A DNA stretch of 32,000 nt from an uncultured Erysipelotrichaceae bacterium (GTDB lineage: Bacteria; Bacillota_I; Bacilli_A; Erysipelotrichales; Erysipelotrichaceae): contig OW818653.1 in assembly GCA_942492995.1 (NCBI GenBank), positions 150,001 through 182,000 of the forward strand. The letters are read 5' to 3'. This document shows, in pieces, positions 27,346 through 32,000 of the stretch (position 1 is the stretch's first letter; each line of letters opens with the position of its first letter). A program made the translations under genes and the position numbers. The notes under the pieces are model-generated. The model worked only from the letters and a program-made list of their open reading frames with translations, searched no databases and was not told the origin of the DNA.

Positions 27346-27384
27346 ATGTAATTTTCTATCATAAATGTTGTAAGAAAATTACAT
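27346..27384. promoter_or_regulatory. 12-bp perfect inverted repeat in the pepF/speA divergent intergenic region
   Basis: ATGTAATTTTCT (27346-27357), a 15-nt spacer, then AGAAAATTACAT (27373-27384). It lies 20 nt upstream of the speA -35 candidate. Confidence 0.3.
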
Positions 27385-27404
27385 AAAAAAGCATAAAAAA
27401 ATAA

Positions 27405-27432
27405 TTGCATTATTATAACAATACTGTATAAT
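27405..27432 (+). promoter_or_regulatory. SigmaA-type promoter candidate for speA-speE-speB
   Basis: TTGCAT (27405-27410), a 16-nt spacer, then TATAAT (27427-27432). This would leave a leader of about 65 nt. Confidence 0.45.
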
Positions 27433-27502
27433 TTGTTTCGCATTAGTAAACAATCATCTTGATTGATAGTGTATGCAAATAACGATAAGATAGGAATGAA
27501 TA

Positions 27503-28960
27503 ATGAAAGATTTAAAGATGGATCAATCGCGCGCTCCAATAGCAGAAGCTATGGAGACACATGGATACAAGCGAACTGTCGCATTCGATGTACCTGGCCA
27601 TAAACAAGGAAAAGGGAATCCGATGTTGCGGGAATTTTTAGGTGATAAATGTTTACGTTATGATGTTAACTCACGCAAAGATTTAGATAATTTATGTCAT
27701 CCAAGTGGGGTAATTTTAGAAGCTGAAGAATTAGCTGCTGATGCGTTTCATGCGGGGCATGCGTTCTTTATGTTAAATGGTACGACTTCTGCTGTACAAA
27801 CAATGGTATTAGCTGTAGCACGTGCGAATGAAAAGATTATCTTGCCTCGTAATGTACATCGTTCAGTTATCTATGCATTAATCTTAACTGGAGCGATTCC
27901 GGTTTATGTTAATCCAGATGTTCATCCGAAATATGGAATACCTCTAGGTATGAAATTATCGAATGTTGAAAAGGCTATCTTAGAAAATCCAGATGCGAAA
28001 GCGATCTTTGTGAATAATCCTACGTATTATGGAATATGTAGTAATCTTAAGGGAATTGTAGAATTAGCGCATAAACATGGTATGCAAGTATGTGCAGATG
28101 AGGCGCATGGTACACATTTTTACTTTAAATCAGGTTTACCAATTAGCGCTATGGATGCTGGTGCTGATATGGCGGCAGTTAGTATGCACAAAACAGGCGG
28201 AAGTTTAACGCAGAGTTCTATCTTACTAATCAAAGATAAAGCTCGTATGGCTGAAATTCGTCAAGTAATTAATTTAACCCAAACAACGAGTGGCTCTTAT
28301 TTATTGTTGTCGTCACTTGATATATCAAGAAAATATTTAGCCTTACAAGGTGAAAGTGTTTTTGAACAAGTTTTAAAACTTACAAAATATGCGCGTGAAG
28401 AAATATCGGATATAGAAGGGTATTATGCATTCTCTGAAGATATTGTTAATCATGATAGTGTCTATGCATTTGATCCGACCAAACTAACCATTCATACGCG
28501 TGGAATTGGTTTAGCTGGTACAGAGTTATATGATATCTTACGTGATGAGTATGATATTCAAGTTGAATTAGGGGATTTAGGGAATATCTTAGCGATTATT
28601 GGGATTGGGGATTCAAAAGCTCAAATCGAACGATTAATTTCTGCTTTACAGGATATTAAAGATACCTATGGTACTGAAGATAAATCGATGATTCCATTTG
28701 ACTACATTAATCCTGTGGTTAAAGTATCACCTCAAACTGCGTATTACTCAAAAATGAAACCTGTTCGTTTCACTGAATCACTAAATCGTATCAGTGGAGA
28801 ATCAATTATGGTCTATCCTCCAGGTATTCCTATTATTGCGCCAGGTGAAGAAATTACGCAGGTTGCGATTGATTATATTATGTATGCGAAGGAAGTTGGA
28901 AGTTTCTTGACAGGTATTGAAGATGTGAACATTGAATATATCAATGTCTTGGAGGATTAA
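27503..28960 (+). CDS. speA: Arginine decarboxylase (Orn/Lys/Arg decarboxylase family, Bacillus SpeA type)
   Basis: The 485-aa product has F..PGHK.G, the PLP-lysine motif SMHKTGGSLTQSS and VYPPGIPI..PGE. It appears colinear with what I recall of B. subtilis SpeA. Substrate is inferred from the linked agmatinase and spermidine synthase genes. Confidence 0.82.
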   Translation: MKDLKMDQSRAPIAEAMETHGYKRTVAFDVPGHKQGKGNPMLREFLGDKCLRYDVNSRKDLDNLCHPSGVILEAEELAADAFHAGHAFFMLNGTTSAVQTMVLAVARANEKIILPRNVHRSVIYALILTGAIPVYVNPDVHPKYGIPLGMKLSNVEKAILENPDAKAIFVNNPTYYGICSNLKGIVELAHKHGMQVCADEAHGTHFYFKSGLPISAMDAGADMAAVSMHKTGGSLTQSSILLIKDKARMAEIRQVINLTQTTSGSYLLLSSLDISRKYLALQGESVFEQVLKLTKYAREEISDIEGYYAFSEDIVNHDSVYAFDPTKLTIHTRGIGLAGTELYDILRDEYDIQVELGDLGNILAIIGIGDSKAQIERLISALQDIKDTYGTEDKSMIPFDYINPVVKVSPQTAYYSKMKPVRFTESLNRISGESIMVYPPGIPIIAPGEEITQVAIDYIMYAKEVGSFLTGIEDVNIEYINVLED

Positions 28961-29815
28961 ATGGAATATTGGTTTACTGAAGAACATAGTGATAATGTTC
29001 GTTTCTCGATTCGTACAGATCGTCAATTAGCGAGTGTTACGACTGATATTCAACGTATTGATGTATTCGATACGCCTGAATTTGGTAAAATGCTTGTTTT
29101 AGATGGTAATGTGACGATGACCGAAAAAGATGAGTTTATTTATCATGATATGTTAGTTCATGTGCCTATGGCAGTTAATCCAAATATTAAAAAAGTGTTA
29201 GTTATTGGGGCAGGAGACGGTGGTACAATTCGTGAATTGACGCGTTATCCTAGAATTGAACAGATTGATATGGTTGAAATTGATGAAGAAGTTGTTAAGG
29301 TTTGTCGAGAACATTTTACAAGTACTTCGTATGCTTTAAATGATCCTAGAGTTACCATTTATTATGAAGATGGATTGAAGTTTGTTCGTTCGAATAAGAA
29401 AGCGTATGATTTAGTTTTGGTTGATTCAACTGATCCAATTGGACCTGGTGAGGGCTTATTTACACGTGAATTTTATGGGAATTGTTATAATGCGCTGAAG
29501 GATGATGGAATTCTAGTCAATCAACATGAGAGTCCTTATTATGACTTTAATGTTAAGGCGATTCAGAAATCACATAAAAGAATTAAAGAAAAGTTTCCGA
29601 TTGTTAGAATGTATCAAGCACATATTCCTACGTTCTCTTCAGGATATTGGTTGTTTGGTTTCGCGAGTAAGAAGTATGATCCGGTTAAGGATTTGAAAGA
29701 AGATGAGTTTAATCAGTTAGGCTTAAAAACGCGGTATTATAATACCGAATTACATAAAGGCTGTTTTGCCTTACCAAATTACGTAAAGGAGCTATTAGAT
29801 TATGACATTAAATAA
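28961..29815 (+). CDS. speE: Spermidine synthase
   Basis: The 284-aa product has WFTE, VLVIGAGDGGT.RE and DSTDPIGPGE.LF motifs. It starts directly after the speA stop. Confidence 0.93.
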   Translation: MEYWFTEEHSDNVRFSIRTDRQLASVTTDIQRIDVFDTPEFGKMLVLDGNVTMTEKDEFIYHDMLVHVPMAVNPNIKKVLVIGAGDGGTIRELTRYPRIEQIDMVEIDEEVVKVCREHFTSTSYALNDPRVTIYYEDGLKFVRSNKKAYDLVLVDSTDPIGPGEGLFTREFYGNCYNALKDDGILVNQHESPYYDFNVKAIQKSHKRIKEKFPIVRMYQAHIPTFSSGYWLFGFASKKYDPVKDLKEDEFNQLGLKTRYYNTELHKGCFALPNYVKELLDYDIK

Positions 29816-30668
29816 GAATGTTCAAACATTTGTTGGTTGTGTAAGTGAATACGATGATGCGGAGATTGTCTTATTTGGGGCACCGTTTGATTCCACAACT
29901 TCATATCGTCCAGGAACGCGTTTTGCGAGTTCGGCGATTCGTACTGAATCCATTGGCTTAGAATTATATAGCCCATATTCAGATTATGGATTAGAGGCGT
30001 GTAGTGTATGTGATAGTGGAGACCTAATTCTCCCATTCGGAAGTGCAGAACGTGCGTTAGAAGCGATTTATGAGCGTGCTAAGGTCATTGTAAAGGATAA
30101 GAAGATTCCTTTTATGATTGGTGGCGAACATACTGTAACCTATGGAAGTGTTCATGCAGTATTTGAAGAACACCCTGATTTACATATTATTCATTTTGAT
30201 GCACATACTGATTTAAGAGATACTTACTATGGCGAATATTATTCACATGCGACTGTGTTAAAACGTTGTTACGACTTGGTTGGAGATCACAAAATTTTCC
30301 ACTTTGGTTTACGTTCTGGAGCTCGTGAAGAATTCGTGTTTGCACAAGAACATAGTTATATCGAAAAGAGTTCATGTGATACATTAGTTGATATCTTGCC
30401 GCAATTACAAGGGAAACCAGTGTATATTACGATCGATCTAGATGTATTAGACCCTTCCAATTTCCCGGGTACAGGTACACCTGAAGCAGGTGGAATTAAC
30501 TTTACACAATTATTAAATGCAGTACTCGCAATGAGTCATTTAAATGTAGTTGGAATAGATGTGAATGAATTATCACCAATATACGATCAATCAGGCGCTA
30601 GTACAGCACTTGCTTGTAAGTTAACACGTGAAATTCTTATCGCAGTTTCAAAAAATAGAGCTAAATAA
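29802..30668 (+). CDS. speB: Agmatinase
   Basis: The 288-aa ureohydrolase-fold product has GGEH, HFDAHTDL and TIDLDVLDP motifs. It overlaps speE by 14 nt. Confidence 0.92.
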   Translation: MTLNKNVQTFVGCVSEYDDAEIVLFGAPFDSTTSYRPGTRFASSAIRTESIGLELYSPYSDYGLEACSVCDSGDLILPFGSAERALEAIYERAKVIVKDKKIPFMIGGEHTVTYGSVHAVFEEHPDLHIIHFDAHTDLRDTYYGEYYSHATVLKRCYDLVGDHKIFHFGLRSGAREEFVFAQEHSYIEKSSCDTLVDILPQLQGKPVYITIDLDVLDPSNFPGTGTPEAGGINFTQLLNAVLAMSHLNVVGIDVNELSPIYDQSGASTALACKLTREILIAVSKNRAK

Positions 30669-30690
30669 CACGGATTTCCGTGTTTTTATT
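30668..30690 (+). terminator. Intrinsic terminator of the spe operon
   Basis: ACACGG (30668-30673), loop ATTT, CCGTGT (30678-30683), then TTTTATT. Confidence 0.8.
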
Positions 30691-30700
30691 AAGGAGAAAA

Positions 30701-31126
30701 ATGTTTAAATTTAATCACAAAAAATGGATAAAGGTTATTTTCTTTATATTAAGCTCAATAACAATCATTAGAAGTCTAATTCATATTTTAAGCGTGGATG
30801 GTGGTGCTAATAGTATTGCGGGTATTCCTTTAGATTTGTATCCAAGTGAAGCGAGTCAAACGATAATATTTATGTTCGCAATGTGGGGTATATCTCAACT
30901 AATAATTGGTTTATTTTATATGTATGTACTTTTTATAAAACCAAATTTAGTTCCATTAATGTTATTAAGTTTAACACTTGAATATGCATTAAGAATTCTA
31001 ATTGGTCAGATTAAACCGATTGTTACGACACATACAGCACCAGGTGCATATGCAAACTATATTATGATTCCATTAAGCATTATTCTATTTTTGTGTTCAA
31101 TAAAAAAACAACCTAAAGTTGTTTAA
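30701..31126 (+). CDS. Small membrane protein of unknown function
   Basis: The product has about 4 hydrophobic helices. I prefer the ATG at 30701 (RBS AAGGAG at 30691-30696). The track start at 30680 is a GTG inside the spe terminator stem. Confidence 0.55.
   Translation: MFKFNHKKWIKVIFFILSSITIIRSLIHILSVDGGANSIAGIPLDLYPSEASQTIIFMFAMWGISQLIIGLFYMYVLFIKPNLVPLMLLSLTLEYALRILIGQIKPIVTTHTAPGAYANYIMIPLSIILFLCSIKKQPKVV
31098..31124 (-). terminator. Candidate rluF terminator embedded in the overlapping 3' ends of two convergent CDSs
   Basis: AAACAAC (31106-31112), loop CTAAA, GTTGTTT (31118-31124). The A-run at 31101-31108 reads as a T-tract on the minus strand. Confidence 0.45.
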
Positions 31127-31829
31127 TTAAGTCATTATATTCATCATCACTTAGAATACGATACTGACCTTTATTTAGATTATCTAATGTAAGATTCATA
31201 ATACGTATTCTTTTTAGATAAACTACTTTAAATCCTAACTCAGAACACATACGACGTATTTGTCGATTTAATCCTTGTTTAAGTGTTATTTTAAAATTCT
31301 TTTCACCAATAATTTTAACGGTACAAGGATTTGTAACAGTCATTTCGTTTTTAACAGGGTTGAATATTTCTACCCCTTGTTCCATAGCGTATTTAAATTC
31401 ACGATCGATTGGTTTATGAACATAGACAACATATTCCTTTTCATGTTCATTTTCTGTTCTTAATATTTGGTTTACGATACTTCCATCATTGGTTAAGAGA
31501 ATAAGTCCTTCACTTTCCTTATCTAAACGACCAATTGGGAAGACTCTTTCTGGGTAATTCACCGCATCAATAATGTTGTCTTTAACATCCGGTTCACTTG
31601 TACACGTAATTCCAGCTGGCTTATAGTATGCGAGTGTCACAAATTTCTGTTTCGCTTTTAATACTTTATCGTCCACACTAACTTCATCATCTTCATTCAC
31701 ACGCATACCTAAAACCGCCACGACACCATTTACTTTTACTCGTTTTTCTTCAATAAGAGTATCAGCTTCGCGTCGCGAACATAATCCTGTTGCGCTAATA
31801 TAATTGTTTAATCGTACTTGGTTTTCCAT
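31113..31829 (-). CDS. rluF: 23S rRNA pseudouridine synthase, RluF type (RsuA family)
   Basis: The 238-aa product has an N-terminal S4 domain (RLNNYIS..GLCSRREAD.LI), the catalytic motif GRLDKESEGLILLTNDG, plus HEKEY and QGLNRQIRRMC motifs. Confidence 0.88.
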   Translation of the reverse strand: MENQVRLNNYISATGLCSRREADTLIEEKRVKVNGVVAVLGMRVNEDDEVSVDDKVLKAKQKFVTLAYYKPAGITCTSEPDVKDNIIDAVNYPERVFPIGRLDKESEGLILLTNDGSIVNQILRTENEHEKEYVVYVHKPIDREFKYAMEQGVEIFNPVKNEMTVTNPCTVKIIGEKNFKITLKQGLNRQIRRMCSELGFKVVYLKRIRIMNLTLDNLNKGQYRILSDDEYNDLIKQL

Positions 31830-31848
31830 AATCTATCCTATTATGACA

Positions 31849-31880
31849 TAAAAAAAGAATAATCCAAGAGGGTTATTCTT
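31849..31880 (-). terminator. Intrinsic terminator of the upstream minus-strand gene
   Basis: AAGAATAATCC (31855-31865), loop AAGA, GGGTTATTCTT (31870-31880) with one G-T pair. The A-run at 31850-31856 reads as a T-tract on the minus strand. Confidence 0.7.
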
Positions 31881-32000
31881 TTATTGATATAAATTCAATG
31901 GTGCAGGACTTGCGGTACTACGTGAAGGTTCGATAATTAATTCACCACTTCGAACTAATTTAACAAATATCTTAGCAAGAATTGGATCGAATTGTTTACC
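31881..32000 (-). CDS. 3' end of a CDS, possibly an HD/HD-GYP-domain protein (start lies beyond the window)
   Basis: The minus-strand frame reads GKQFDPILAKIFVKLVRSGELIIEPSRSTASPAPLNLYQ*. The G.QFDP..v..F motif is typical of the end of HD-GYP domains. Only 39 codons are visible. Confidence 0.35.
   Translation of the reverse strand, partial: GKQFDPILAKIFVKLVRSGELIIEPSRSTASPAPLNLYQ

Noticed and set aside
27282-27539. 85-aa minus-strand ORF in the pepF/speA intergenic region
   Set aside because: It has the F/I/L/Y/N-rich composition typical of AT-rich non-coding DNA and no RBS. It overlaps the speA start and promoter, so it is most likely spurious.
30680-30700. GTG start at 30680 for the small membrane protein (track start)
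   Set aside because: The GTG lies within the 3' arm of the spe terminator stem. The ATG at 30701 has a canonical AAGGAG RBS 4 nt upstream.
26792-31463. Shadow ORFs 26792-27016, 28802-29026, 29800-30036, 30187-30384 and 31275-31463
   Set aside because: Each is antisense to pepF, speA, speB or rluF, all of which carry clear family motifs.

Overview
This is an AT-rich chromosomal segment, roughly one-third G+C by eye, from a low-GC Gram-positive (Bacillota-type) bacterium. Supporting signs are AGGAGG-type ribosome binding sites, LAGC lipobox lipoproteins, tRNA genes that encode their own CCA ends, sigmaA-like promoters and hairpin plus T-tract terminators. I see about 30 intact CDSs, one cluster of nine tRNA genes, and no rRNA, CRISPR array, IS element or prophage signature.

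Most of the content is housekeeping:
- Carbon and sugar metabolism: class II fructose-bisphosphate aldolase, an orphan PduL phosphotransacylase, and a lipid-kinase / aldose-epimerase / nagB / Cof-HAD operon.
- Other single genes: a YgiQ radical SAM protein, thioredoxin, pepF and rluF.
- Polyamine uptake: a PuuR-like HTH-cupin regulator followed by potABC and two tandem potD lipoprotein paralogs.
- Mixed operon: a GH1 6-phospho-beta-glucosidase, a membrane protein, a PHP phosphoesterase and rimO.
- Polyamine biosynthesis: a speA-speE-speB operon.

The stand-out region is 19.2-25.4 kb. A divergent TetR regulator faces a tightly packed five-gene operon: hypB, an 897-aa multi-cluster Fe-S flavoprotein, hypA, an RcnA/HupE-like His-rich metal transporter, and an unassigned polytopic membrane protein. 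The operon promoter is overlaid by a perfect 10+10 bp palindrome. This amounts to a nickel-trafficking cassette wrapped around an oxidoreductase, with no hydrogenase, urease, CODH or hypCDEF in the window. I consider it the best candidate for an undescribed Ni-linked system. All functional calls rest on motif and family recognition by eye, because no searches could be run.
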